This document shows positions 45,862 through 54,747 of a stretch of 64,000 nt of DNA, one piece after another. Under the pieces are notes generated by a model. The model was not told the DNA's origin and ran no database searches. It was given only the letters and a program-made list of their open reading frames with translations. Position 1 is the first letter of the stretch. Each line of letters starts with the position of its first letter. The stretch covers positions 1-64,000 of IMG/VR virus record IMGVR_UViG_3300028886_001681, one strand, 5' to 3'. Source of the stretch: a virus. Lineage: Duplodnaviria > Caudoviricetes. The position numbers and the translations under genes are program-made.

Positions 45862-46284
45862 CTACCAATCTCCGTCGTAATCCAACACTGTTATCACTAA
45901 CTTGTCATGCTTGCTTCTGAACGAATAGGTTAATTTTTTGTTGGACTTGTTGTCAATCATTATGAAATTCGCTCTTTTCATTATTCTATAGTCGGACGAA
46001 CTTTTCCATTTCTTGCCCTTCTCCACGATAGGAGTCTTTGTCAAGAAAACCCAACCTTCCTTCAATCTTCCCACATTTACATTAGTCAAACTGACATTGA
46101 CATCCACGCTTCCGTCCAATTCCTCTGGAACATGGACATACACCTTGAACGCGTCCGCTTCCGAAGACTCGTTGACTACGATGATTTCTTCGTCCGCATC
46201 CTCGTTGAATGGAAATTCCATAGGCTCGCAGAAAACTGAAAACGAGAGCAAAAGCAAGGAAACCGCAAGAATGGCACTTTTCAT
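45862..46284 (-). CDS. Secreted or periplasmic beta-rich protein
   Basis: MKSAILAVSLLLLSFSVFC signal peptide; SD GGAGG. Confidence 0.7.
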   Translation of the reverse strand: MKSAILAVSLLLLSFSVFCEPMEFPFNEDADEEIIVVNESSEADAFKVYVHVPEELDGSVDVNVSLTNVNVGRLKEGWVFLTKTPIVEKGKKWKSSSDYRIMKRANFIMIDNKSNKKLTYSFRSKHDKLVITVLDYDGDW

Positions 46285-46286
46285 TG

Positions 46287-46697
46287 TCAAGCCTCCTCCC
46301 TTTTCCAATCCTCGACTTTCATGTCCAAGGCTTGTTTCAAGTCTTTCTTCAACGAGTCCATTTTGGATTTCCAATACATTTCACCAGAGCCTCCGACGAA
46401 GCGGTTGGGGTATTCCAATCCGTCCTCCGCTCCCTTGATGTAGTTTGAGTTGAGCGAGATTCTGTAGCCCTTGAATGTCTTGTCGTCTCCGTTTCCGAAA
46501 TCCAAGTTCAAGTGAACCACATGGCTTTTTCCCAAGCAGATGTTGGCGGAAGAGTTTAGCGAGAATGAAAATTCCTTCCCTTTTTCAAGACCCACTCTCA
46601 TGGAGTCGTCCGCAATTTCTTCGAACCCCTCCGCTACCAACATTTCTTTGACCGCCTCGACGGTCTTTCTAATCTCCGAAACATACTTCACGAACAT
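46287..46697 (-). CDS. Hypothetical protein
   Basis: 136 aa from MFVKYV. Confidence 0.7.
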   Translation of the reverse strand: MFVKYVSEIRKTVEAVKEMLVAEGFEEIADDSMRVGLEKGKEFSFSLNSSANICLGKSHVVHLNLDFGNGDDKTFKGYRISLNSNYIKGAEDGLEYPNRFVGGSGEMYWKSKMDSLKKDLKQALDMKVEDWKREEA

Positions 46698-46798
46698 ATT
46701 TTTTTTCAATTTCCTCCTATGAAAATCTCGATTAAAATCGCGGAAGCCCCGCAAGCCAAGCCGAACAGAATCAAAGGCCACTCTGTCCAAAATTCCGC

Positions 46799-47176
46799 TC
46801 ACAATCCCACCTCTTCGTAAACTTTCTTGAACGACGCTTCCTTGGCCTTCATCACCCTATAGGAATACCTAGCCAACTCGTCGTCCTCGAAAGTCGGTCG
46901 GTTTCTCAATGTGCCCCAACCCTTGAAGTTGCCCTTGAATTTCCTTTGTATTGCGTAGCCTTGGTCGTAGAACTCTTGAAGTTGCTCGGCGGTGTAGCGG
47001 TTCTCATAGGACAAGTCCCTTTCCTTGAAGCGGATTTTATTGACCTCATTGACCGTCATTTCAATCGCTCGAACCACATTCTCGCATTCCTTGGAAAGGG
47101 ATGTCGTCTTGGCGTATTCTTTCACGATTTTCTCGACCTTGATTAAAGCCGAGTTTACTTCGCTCAATTTGCCCAT
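46799..47176 (-). CDS. Hypothetical protein
   Basis: 125 aa. Confidence 0.7.
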   Translation of the reverse strand: MGKLSEVNSALIKVEKIVKEYAKTTSLSKECENVVRAIEMTVNEVNKIRFKERDLSYENRYTAEQLQEFYDQGYAIQRKFKGNFKGWGTLRNRPTFEDDELARYSYRVMKAKEASFKKVYEEVGL

Positions 47177-47179
47177 TCC

Positions 47180-47419
47180 CTAACTCCAATCGAAAAGGGT
47201 GGGGAACAAAGAGAAGTCCACTTTCCAAATCTTGCGGAGAATGACCTCGCAGAAAAGGAAGTTCAAGAGAAAGATTCCGCACAAGACGAAGAACGGAACC
47301 GCCGTGGCAATCACCAAAATCTCGCTCGTTCCGAACACATAGCCCACGAACAACCCTACCGCCAACAGAGGGAGCGAAACCGCACCCAACGACCAAAACA
47401 CTTTCTCGAAAATGTTCAT
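47180..47419 (-). CDS. Two-TM membrane protein
   Basis: 79 aa, hydrophobic. Confidence 0.65.
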   Translation of the reverse strand: MNIFEKVFWSLGAVSLPLLAVGLFVGYVFGTSEILVIATAVPFFVLCGIFLLNFLFCEVILRKIWKVDFSLFPTLFDWS

Positions 47420-47640
47420 TTCCTTCCTCCAAGGCCGACTTTGTCCGCCACGGCCTTCAACTCCAAGTAACTTTCCTTCAACTTGGCGTAGTCCTCGTCG
47501 CCTTGGAACGCCTCTTCGAATTCCTCAATCGACTTCACTTTCATCAGTTTGAGCGTCTTTTCCTTGGTCTTTTCGTCCATTCCTCTTCTGTCCAAGAATT
47601 CCTCGAATGTGGACGGCCATCTCTCTTCCTTCTTCGCCAT
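47416..47640 (-). CDS. Hypothetical protein
   Basis: 74 aa. Confidence 0.65.
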   Translation of the reverse strand: MAKKEERWPSTFEEFLDRRGMDEKTKEKTLKLMKVKSIEEFEEAFQGDEDYAKLKESYLELKAVADKVGLGGRK

Positions 47641-47647
47641 TTTTTTT

Positions 47648-47884
47648 CTATCCCTCCAACAGTTGGGAAAGCAAGAACCTTATGTCCGCGATGTAGGCCA
47701 CGCTTTCGCCCTTAGAATTTTCCACAATGTATGTTTCCGAGTCGTGCTTGCGGAATCTGACCGACTCGAATGTCGACTTGTTCATCAAGTTCAATCCGTT
47801 TCCCTTGTCCACGAAGACCGCCACCTTGTCGCCTTCGCTCAACTTGATTTTGACTCCGTTCCATTCCACTGTCGCTTTTTCCAT
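47648..47884 (-). CDS. Hypothetical protein
   Basis: Starts MEKATV after SD AGGAGG; TTGACA promoter upstream. Confidence 0.65.
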   Translation of the reverse strand: MEKATVEWNGVKIKLSEGDKVAVFVDKGNGLNLMNKSTFESVRFRKHDSETYIVENSKGESVAYIADIRFLLSQLLEG

Positions 47885-48002
47885 AAGAAATTCCTCCTTT
47901 CCCATCGGATTTCTACCGCATATTACCATATAATGGGGATTTTGTCAAGCGTTTTTGCCAAAATTCGCAACTATTTTAATCATTCCAAAAACGGAGGAAT
48001 CT

Positions 48003-48818
48003 ATGAAAACAGGAAAATTGGTCGAAAATTTCAAGAACAGAAAAATTTTCGAATGGAACGGAAAGGAATACTCCTACGACGAAATCTACAACTTGATAAA
48101 GGACTTGGATTATGTGAAGAGCGGAGAGGACTGCGATTGGCGGATTATAAGGGTGCGCGACATAAAGGACGGACGAGACTGCTACTGCTTGGCCTTCCAA
48201 GACTCGCGCTCGACGACGGATTGGATACACAACTTCATGTTCTTGCCTCGCTCCACCAAGGCCTACAAAGGATGGAGGAACAGGTTGAAGTTCGTGAAAG
48301 GCTTCTTCAAGGAATACCAATCGGCTAGGGACGAGATACACTCGAACCTTTCGCTCCTTTTGCAAGACATGGCGATTGAGCAAGATTGCGCGATTTCCGC
48401 CTTGAAGGTGTATGTGATAGGCTTCTCCTTGGGAGCGTCCATAGCCCCAATCGCTTGCGAGGACTTGAACTTCACTTACGGAGTGAACCCTGTCCTAATA
48501 GGATACGAGGGGGCGGAGTGTTGCTCGAACAACCACACTAGGAATGTGGTGGCCGACTCTTTGAACCAAGACGAGTCAATCTCTTTCGTGTTCGCCCAAG
48601 ACATAGTGCCTAGATGCCCCTTCTGCTTCGGAAGGAAACTGAAAGACTTCATCTACTTCTTGGACGACGGAACGGTGAAATTCCCCTTTAAATTCATAAA
48701 GTGGCTAGTTTCCACCATAACGAAGACCCCTTGGTATCACGCCAATGTCGACGAGGGAATATTGAGATACATGCCTTGGGACGAAAGCGAGTTGGCCAAG
48801 GCGGACAGAGGGGAGTAG
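48003..48818 (+). CDS. Lipase, class 3 (alpha/beta hydrolase)
   Basis: LAFQDSRS..DW..N, KGF..EY, GFSLG nucleophile elbow, QDIVPRCP and a C-terminal His; CAACTAT at 47968-47974. Confidence 0.85.
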   Translation: MKTGKLVENFKNRKIFEWNGKEYSYDEIYNLIKDLDYVKSGEDCDWRIIRVRDIKDGRDCYCLAFQDSRSTTDWIHNFMFLPRSTKAYKGWRNRLKFVKGFFKEYQSARDEIHSNLSLLLQDMAIEQDCAISALKVYVIGFSLGASIAPIACEDLNFTYGVNPVLIGYEGAECCSNNHTRNVVADSLNQDESISFVFAQDIVPRCPFCFGRKLKDFIYFLDDGTVKFPFKFIKWLVSTITKTPWYHANVDEGILRYMPWDESELAKADRGE

Positions 48819-48824
48819 GGCTTT

Positions 48825-49520
48825 ATGGAAGATTTTTTGTGTTTCGACGACAAAGACTTGGTTGAAAGAGTCCGAGAGTTGGCCGACGAGTATTTCTACG
48901 ACTTTCCGCTAATCGTGCACGACGCTTATTTCGGAAAGAAATCCAATTCCATCATGGGTCAAGCGATTCCCTTGGACGGAATTCCTTCGCAGAACATCGC
49001 GGAGATGAACTTGAAGGAAGTCGAAGGAAACCCCAAGAGCGTGGCTTGCGACATCGAAATCAACGGCCATTTCAAGGGCTTGAATGTGGACGAAACCCTT
49101 TTGCATGAAATGGTGCATTGCGTGAACTTCGCGGAAGGGGATTGGAATGCCAACCACGGAAAGAAGTTCAAGGAAGTGGCGGAGGCCATAGGAAAGAGGA
49201 GCGGACATGACTTCTCGTCCACTAGCGGAGACGACTACTTGAACACGCTTCTGTCGTCAATCAATCTGTTGAAGAAACTCAAGAAAGAGCCGTCGAACAT
49301 GGTGTTCTCTAGAAAGGTGTTGAAGAGTTACATGAAATTTGAGGACATCTACACCAAGACTATTGACGAACTCAACTCAATATACGAGGGTTGCGGAGAC
49401 TTGATGGCCGATTTGGTTGAGAATGGCGATGTGGACTCTGAAAAGGACTTGAACGAGTGCGCGGACGAGATGGACAAAATTTTGCCCAAACCGCAGTTGA
49501 GATGGTGGAACTTCAAATAG
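48825..49520 (+). CDS. SprT-like zinc metalloprotease
   Basis: ETLLHEMVH...HGKKFK. Confidence 0.8.
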   Translation: MEDFLCFDDKDLVERVRELADEYFYDFPLIVHDAYFGKKSNSIMGQAIPLDGIPSQNIAEMNLKEVEGNPKSVACDIEINGHFKGLNVDETLLHEMVHCVNFAEGDWNANHGKKFKEVAEAIGKRSGHDFSSTSGDDYLNTLLSSINLLKKLKKEPSNMVFSRKVLKSYMKFEDIYTKTIDELNSIYEGCGDLMADLVENGDVDSEKDLNECADEMDKILPKPQLRWWNFK

Positions 49521-49543
49521 GAAACGGTTGATGTGGAATGAAG

Positions 49544-49575
49544 AAAGCCCCGCAAGTGATTTGCGAGGCTTTTTT
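49544..49575. terminator. Bidirectional terminator
   Basis: AAAGCCCCGCAAG-tga-TTTGCGAGGCTTTTTT. Confidence 0.8.
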
Positions 49576-49762
49576 GTTCTCAATCCACAACATTCACAAT
49601 TTTATTTTTCTTAAACTTGTTCTTGAGATTTTCGACCACGACTTGAAGAAAATTTTTCGTACAATAACAAGCGGTCAGACCAATTATATCTTTGTTTTTG
49701 CAGATTCGACAAGGATTAAAAAATCCTTTAGCGTTTCCTAGAATGCATCTGCTCATAGTTTT

Positions 49763-50422
49763 TTAATCGCTCCATTTCCAAGACAATCTTATGGCGTCAT
49801 TTATGTTGATTCCATGATAGACCAAAACATCTTCCAAATCGGAAGTTAGAGAATTTGAACAAGTTAAATAATCCTCATTGGTGTGATTTATCAAACATTT
49901 GTTTATGGCATCGTTTAATGCTTGTGATGAATTCCCATATCCCATTTTTTCCAATCGCCATTTAATAGAATCTTTAATCCAAGAAGAAAATTCTATGCAC
50001 ATTGGATTTTTGAGAAAATCGCCTTCGAATGTTTTTAATGTACTACTCATTATTTTTTGCTCCTTTAAAAATTGCTCTGCTTGTTTATAAGTATCAAACT
50101 TTTCTTGTTCGTAACAGTATATGGCTCGTTCTTTACTTTCTTTGAAGTCTACAGTATCATCAATCAAATCTCTTACAATTCCTTTTGCAAGGAATAAAGA
50201 TTTTGACAATTTTTCTATAAGTTCTTTTGCTTCAGTAAGTTGCTCTTTATTAAAACTGTTGCTTGCATTAAGTACACTTAATCCTTTTTTCAGTTCTGCA
50301 TTTTCCGCTTCAAGTTCTGAAAGGTTCTTACAGATAATCTCAAATCCTTGTTGTAGTGTCGAGTCTTTAAGCGCCATAGATATTGCGCCCATAACAGATG
50401 AACGCGCTTCGTCTTTAGTCAT
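49763..50422 (-). CDS. Hypothetical protein (AKxII family, probably fused to a second ORF)
   Basis: QLTEAKELIEKL...AEQFLKE followed by an internal SD and ATG (MSSTLK). Confidence 0.65.
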   Translation of the reverse strand: MTKDEARSSVMGAISMALKDSTLQQGFEIICKNLSELEAENAELKKGLSVLNASNSFNKEQLTEAKELIEKLSKSLFLAKGIVRDLIDDTVDFKESKERAIYCYEQEKFDTYKQAEQFLKEQKIMSSTLKTFEGDFLKNPMCIEFSSWIKDSIKWRLEKMGYGNSSQALNDAINKCLINHTNEDYLTCSNSLTSDLEDVLVYHGININDAIRLSWKWSD

Positions 50423-50771
50423 TTTCTATTATCTCCCATCTAATGTTAAAATAACATCCGCTACCTTATGTATAAACTGTTGAAAATCCATAAGTTAATC
50501 CTCTGCCTAATTCAAATTACGCAATGAAAATTCCGAACCACATTTTAAAATAGGGTCTTTGCATTTATAATATCGAATAAAGCAAGAGTTTCTAATTTTG
50601 AAGCGCACATAAATTTTTGTCTTGTGTTAGATGCCTTCACTTCAATCATATTCAATCTCCTTACAGATATAAATATATCATAAAAGAGATTGAATGTCAA
50701 GGAAAATTATTAAAAATGTTAAATAAAAAATCCGCCCAAAAAATGAGCGGATTTCATAATATGATGCTAAT

Positions 50772-51368
50772 TTATCGTTTATTTATTTGATACAAAATTT
50801 TATTACAAAGGTCTTCGACTTCTTCAATCTTTCTTTTTAATTCTTTCAAACTTTTATCACTATAATTACTCTGATAATCGTCCATAGCATAAATTAATTG
50901 TTTAGTTGAACCTTTACACATCGCAAGCAAATCATCGTTTATCAAATCGTAATTAGATTCTTTCAGACTTCTCTTTGTTGTTCCTTTTATAGATTCTTCA
51001 AACTTGAAGAAATAATCTTCAATGTTAGAACTGATTACTTTATATGAATAATCAACATCATATTTTGCAAAATGCCAACTTCCAAGGTGGTCGTCTGTAT
51101 ATGATGCGCCGTCAGTATAATGTCTTATGATGTCTGCCCATCCACCCTCATCAAATGTAAAGAACAACCTTACAGGGAAATTATGATTCTCTGCTACAAT
51201 ATAACAGTTATCTTGACCATAATCAGCCTTAAACCACCAATCTTTCTTGAACTCTTTTGTAAGATATTCAACCATTCTCTTGAGATTAATATGAATCAAG
51301 AAATAAGCATATGTATCATCAGACCAATCGTCATCTCTCGGTTCAACTTTCCAATCGTATCTTGCCAT
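50772..51368 (-). CDS. Hypothetical protein (late gene)
   Basis: 198 aa; TAACTAT at 51410-51416; terminator at about 50727-50755. Confidence 0.75.
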   Translation of the reverse strand: MARYDWKVEPRDDDWSDDTYAYFLIHINLKRMVEYLTKEFKKDWWFKADYGQDNCYIVAENHNFPVRLFFTFDEGGWADIIRHYTDGASYTDDHLGSWHFAKYDVDYSYKVISSNIEDYFFKFEESIKGTTKRSLKESNYDLINDDLLAMCKGSTKQLIYAMDDYQSNYSDKSLKELKRKIEEVEDLCNKILYQINKR

Positions 51369-51435
51369 AAATTTATCTCCTAAATTAATTTTCAGTTTTT
51401 ATATGTTAAATAGTTAATTTTCAAAATACATATTT

Positions 51436-51518
51436 AAAAAAAATTAAAGAGGTGTGGTCGAACGAGATTAGCGATTCAACCAATGTTTAGGGTAACGACC
51501 TAAACTTCACCTCTTGTA
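51436..51518 (-). ncRNA. Putative three-way-junction small RNA of about 80 nt
   Basis: AAGAGGTG/CACCTCTT closing stem plus GTTTAGG/CCTAAAC and TGGTTGAA/TTCGACCA arms; TAACTAT at 51526-51532 upstream and a U-tract downstream. Confidence 0.55.
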
Positions 51519-51529
51519 ATTTTCAATAG

Positions 51530-52669
51530 TTAGTTTTCCGTGTCTTGTGAAACCGCGTCGTTGTCGTTCGCGGTGACCTTCAAATCCGCCAACTCCGCTT
51601 TCTTCGCCTCAAGTTCGTCGGTTTTGTCGTCGTCTTGCATTACAGTCTTTTCGTCCGCGTTCTTGTAGGCGCTCAATGTTTCCTCATACAACTTGTCCTT
51701 GAATTCCTCATGCTCCTTCAAGTAGTTGCAGAAGGCCTCCTCTCCTTGCCATCTATGGTCGTCGGAACAAGACTCCTTGTTGGGGTAGTAGAACCAAGCC
51801 CCTCCTTTATTAACCGTCCCTAGTTGAACCGACGCTCTAGCCAAGTCGGTTATTTTGTCAATTCCTTGCCCATAACGACAAACGAGAGTGCACTTGCGGT
51901 AAGGAACTCCGACTTTGTTCTTGGTGACCTTGAATGTGATTTCGTTGCTCACCGCCAATCCGTCCTCTTCCGTAACTTTGGTTTGACGGCGCATTGTCAC
52001 TTGTTGGGAGAATGTAAACTCCCCTGCTCGTCCGACGGATTTCACTTCGGACGGGCCCATTCCCATCGTGTTGATTGAGGCTCTGACTTGTTCGATTACA
52101 ATCAAGGAACAATTGTTGTCCGCGCACACACCAGCCAACTGTTTGTATGCGTTTCCCAAAATGCGAGCCACCAAAGCCATGCTCACGCTAGTGATTTCCT
52201 CGTCGTTCGCCTTTGACGGAGAAAGGGCGGATGTTGAATCCAAAACCGCGATTCCATAGATTCCGCTAGCGATAGAGTCGCGCAATTTGGTCAATCCTTC
52301 CTCCGCGCTCTTCGTTTGGTCGATTACCGTTCTGTCCAAGTCCACACCTAGAGCCTTCAAATAGGACACATCTGTGCTCTGCTCAGCGTCGTATATGTAT
52401 GCGTAGAAGGACTCGTCCTTTCTCTGTTGCTCCGCAATCGTCATGTAGGCGAGAGAGGATTTTGCTGACGAATACGTTCCGTTGATTGCTGCCACACGTC
52501 CAACTGCTATACCTCCGTTTAGCGCTAGGTCGATGCCCATGATTCCTGTGCTATAGAATTTCACTTTCTCAAGGTTGTTGGCGGTTTTCACCGTTCCTTC
52601 CTCGCCGTACTGCTTGGCGAATTTTTTATTCAACTCCGCCAACTTCTTCTTTTTTTCAGACAAATCCAT
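51530..52669 (-). CDS. recA: RecA/UvsX-family recombinase
   Basis: STG..GIDLAL.GGI..GR, DAEQ, LGVD, VLDS and KVTKNKV..PYR motifs. Confidence 0.95.
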   Translation of the reverse strand: MDLSEKKKKLAELNKKFAKQYGEEGTVKTANNLEKVKFYSTGIMGIDLALNGGIAVGRVAAINGTYSSAKSSLAYMTIAEQQRKDESFYAYIYDAEQSTDVSYLKALGVDLDRTVIDQTKSAEEGLTKLRDSIASGIYGIAVLDSTSALSPSKANDEEITSVSMALVARILGNAYKQLAGVCADNNCSLIVIEQVRASINTMGMGPSEVKSVGRAGEFTFSQQVTMRRQTKVTEEDGLAVSNEITFKVTKNKVGVPYRKCTLVCRYGQGIDKITDLARASVQLGTVNKGGAWFYYPNKESCSDDHRWQGEEAFCNYLKEHEEFKDKLYEETLSAYKNADEKTVMQDDDKTDELEAKKAELADLKVTANDNDAVSQDTEN

Positions 52670-52757
52670 GTTCTTTTCTCCTTTCTATATGATTTTTTTT
52701 CCAAAGCCCATTCTATTCCAAAACGCCCATTCCAATCAAGCGATTTTAGAAAATTTT

Positions 52758-52982
52758 TCATTCTTCCCATTCCTTGTTGAATTTTTTCATCCGCTCATAC
52801 GTCTCCAAAGCGAACTTCTTGGCGTCCTTGAACTCCTTCTCAACCCTAGGCTTTCCGTCCGCGCCCTTGACCGAGTATGTTCCGTCGGAATTCCATTTTA
52901 TCATGGGAACATGCTCGTGGGAAACGCACACTGTATGCCACTTTCCGCATATCAGTTCCTTCTTCCATCTGTAAGCCTTCAT
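52758..52982 (-). CDS. Hypothetical protein
   Basis: 74 aa, ATGA-coupled. Confidence 0.6.
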   Translation of the reverse strand: MKAYRWKKELICGKWHTVCVSHEHVPMIKWNSDGTYSVKGADGKPRVEKEFKDAKKFALETYERMKKFNKEWEE

Positions 52983-53224
52983 TCGTCAACTCCTCCGAAA
53001 ATTATTCCGTTTCCGTCCTTTTTCAAGACGAACTCAGTCCACTCACCCCACTTCATGAACTCTTCTTCGTTTTCAAGAATTCCCTTCAACAACAAAAGGA
53101 TTCCTTTCTTGTTGAAAAGTTTGTTTCGCTTCAACGACTCCGAGTGCCTTTCAATCCAATTCCTTATGTCTAGCAAGCACTTGAAGTAGCCTTGGCGGTA
53201 AATCGACTCCTCGACAAAGTTCAT
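52979..53224 (-). CDS. Hypothetical protein
   Basis: 81 aa, SD GGAGG. Confidence 0.65.
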   Translation of the reverse strand: MNFVEESIYRQGYFKCLLDIRNWIERHSESLKRNKLFNKKGILLLLKGILENEEEFMKWGEWTEFVLKKDGNGIIFGGVDE

Positions 53225-53421
53225 TTATAGCCTCCGTTCGATTCCATGTACAACACATCCTCGCCCTCAATTCTAATGTCAATCGTCCTAGTGGGCGGAA
53301 AGCACTTGATGTAAGACAATGTAATTTTAGGATGGCTATAAGCCTTCGCCACTCCGTCTTCAATTATCGTGATTGGCTCTCCGTCCTTCCATTCGTCGAA
53401 ATTTATGACCATTCTTCGCAC
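53221..53421 (-). CDS. Hypothetical protein
   Basis: 66 aa, GTG start. Confidence 0.55.
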   Translation of the reverse strand: MRRMVINFDEWKDGEPITIIEDGVAKAYSHPKITLSYIKCFPPTRTIDIRIEGEDVLYMESNGGYK

Positions 53422-54747
53422 CTAGTTGTTCGGTTCTTGTCCTTCTTCCTTCAACTCAAGGAACACAGGAAATCTCAAAGATTTAACATGAGTTGTAGTA
53501 TTTTCAGTTTGCTCGAAATACTGTACGGAAATTACTCTACCAATCAATTCATCTTTCATGTTGTAGAATCTAATTCTTTCCTCTTCACTATATCCGCTTC
53601 CCACTTTAGCCTCAATGTGTCCAAGAGTGGGATGGTCTATGTCGCAAATCAACGCTCCTAGCCTTCCTTTGTTGGCGTTCGTTCCTTCCTCCACCCCTCG
53701 GACAATCAAGTCCATTTCGTCAAAAGCCTTGACCTTTAGCCAATCGTTCGTCCTTTTCCAAGAATATGTGCTATCCGTAAATTTAATGACCAAACCTTCC
53801 CAATCATCCTCGCGGACTATTCCTTTCATCAGTTCCTCGATTTTGGAAACATCGCTTCCGACATAAATGTCCTCTACGAAATTGAGATGATTGTGCTTGG
53901 TCTGTCCGAGAGTTTTTCTCAATATGCCGTGGCGCTCCTTGTATGTTTGAGGGCACTTCTTCTTGTTCCAACAATCAACATTCATCATGTCGAACACATT
54001 GTATGTGACCCCTCGTTTCTCTTCGTCTTTGGTGGAAATGACTTTTGTCGTCATTTTGTACACATCTTTTGACGGATATTTCATAAAGTCGTCAATTGTG
54101 AGTTCTCCGTCCAACACGAAGTTGTCGAAAGGCAGATTCTTGATTTCTTCCTCCACTTCAACCAAGCCCACCCAAGGCTTTCCTTGCCGACTAATGAGGC
54201 GGACATTGCCTTTTTCCTTCACCGCTATGCAACGGCAACCGTCTATCTTCACTGAAATTGCGAATTCCCTAGTTCCGTCGACGAGTTGCGGTTTGTCATA
54301 GTATTTGTTGCACAAGCAACAATCCCAAGTTGGCACGAAGTTGGGGATGGCTTTGTTCAAAGTTTTGGCATCCACTCCAAGAGGAAGGTCGCGCGTGACA
54401 ACTCTGTTGAAGAACTCGATGTCATCCTCGCTTTTGCATAGCAAGTTTCTGCAATATTGAACCACCGCTATGTCCTTGTCGGTTCCTGTCTTGTGGGATT
54501 CCAAGTAATCGAACATGCCGAACAAGTCGGTTATGTTGCTTGTCGCTTGTTCCCAACCTTCCGCGACATCCACATTCTTGTTGATTTTTTTGGACGAAAG
54601 CCCCGTAATGACGGAAGAGTCCAAGAGCCATTTCAAGAATTTCTTGAAGTCCTCATCATCAATCGTCTTCAAGAACTCCTTCTTTTCGTTTGTCGACGAT
54701 ATTTTCTTCAACTCGTCGCATGTTTTCTTTATTTTTGAAAATGTCAT
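53422..54747 (-). CDS. ATP-dependent DNA ligase
   Basis: KIDGCR motif I, LDGEL, FDMM, EGLVIK, WLKVK and LRFPVF. Confidence 0.95.
   Translation of the reverse strand: MTFSKIKKTCDELKKISSTNEKKEFLKTIDDEDFKKFLKWLLDSSVITGLSSKKINKNVDVAEGWEQATSNITDLFGMFDYLESHKTGTDKDIAVVQYCRNLLCKSEDDIEFFNRVVTRDLPLGVDAKTLNKAIPNFVPTWDCCLCNKYYDKPQLVDGTREFAISVKIDGCRCIAVKEKGNVRLISRQGKPWVGLVEVEEEIKNLPFDNFVLDGELTIDDFMKYPSKDVYKMTTKVISTKDEEKRGVTYNVFDMMNVDCWNKKKCPQTYKERHGILRKTLGQTKHNHLNFVEDIYVGSDVSKIEELMKGIVREDDWEGLVIKFTDSTYSWKRTNDWLKVKAFDEMDLIVRGVEEGTNANKGRLGALICDIDHPTLGHIEAKVGSGYSEEERIRFYNMKDELIGRVISVQYFEQTENTTTHVKSLRFPVFLELKEEGQEPNN

Noticed and set aside
51530-54747. Inteins or introns in recA or the ligase
   Set aside because: Both proteins are of normal length with contiguous motifs.
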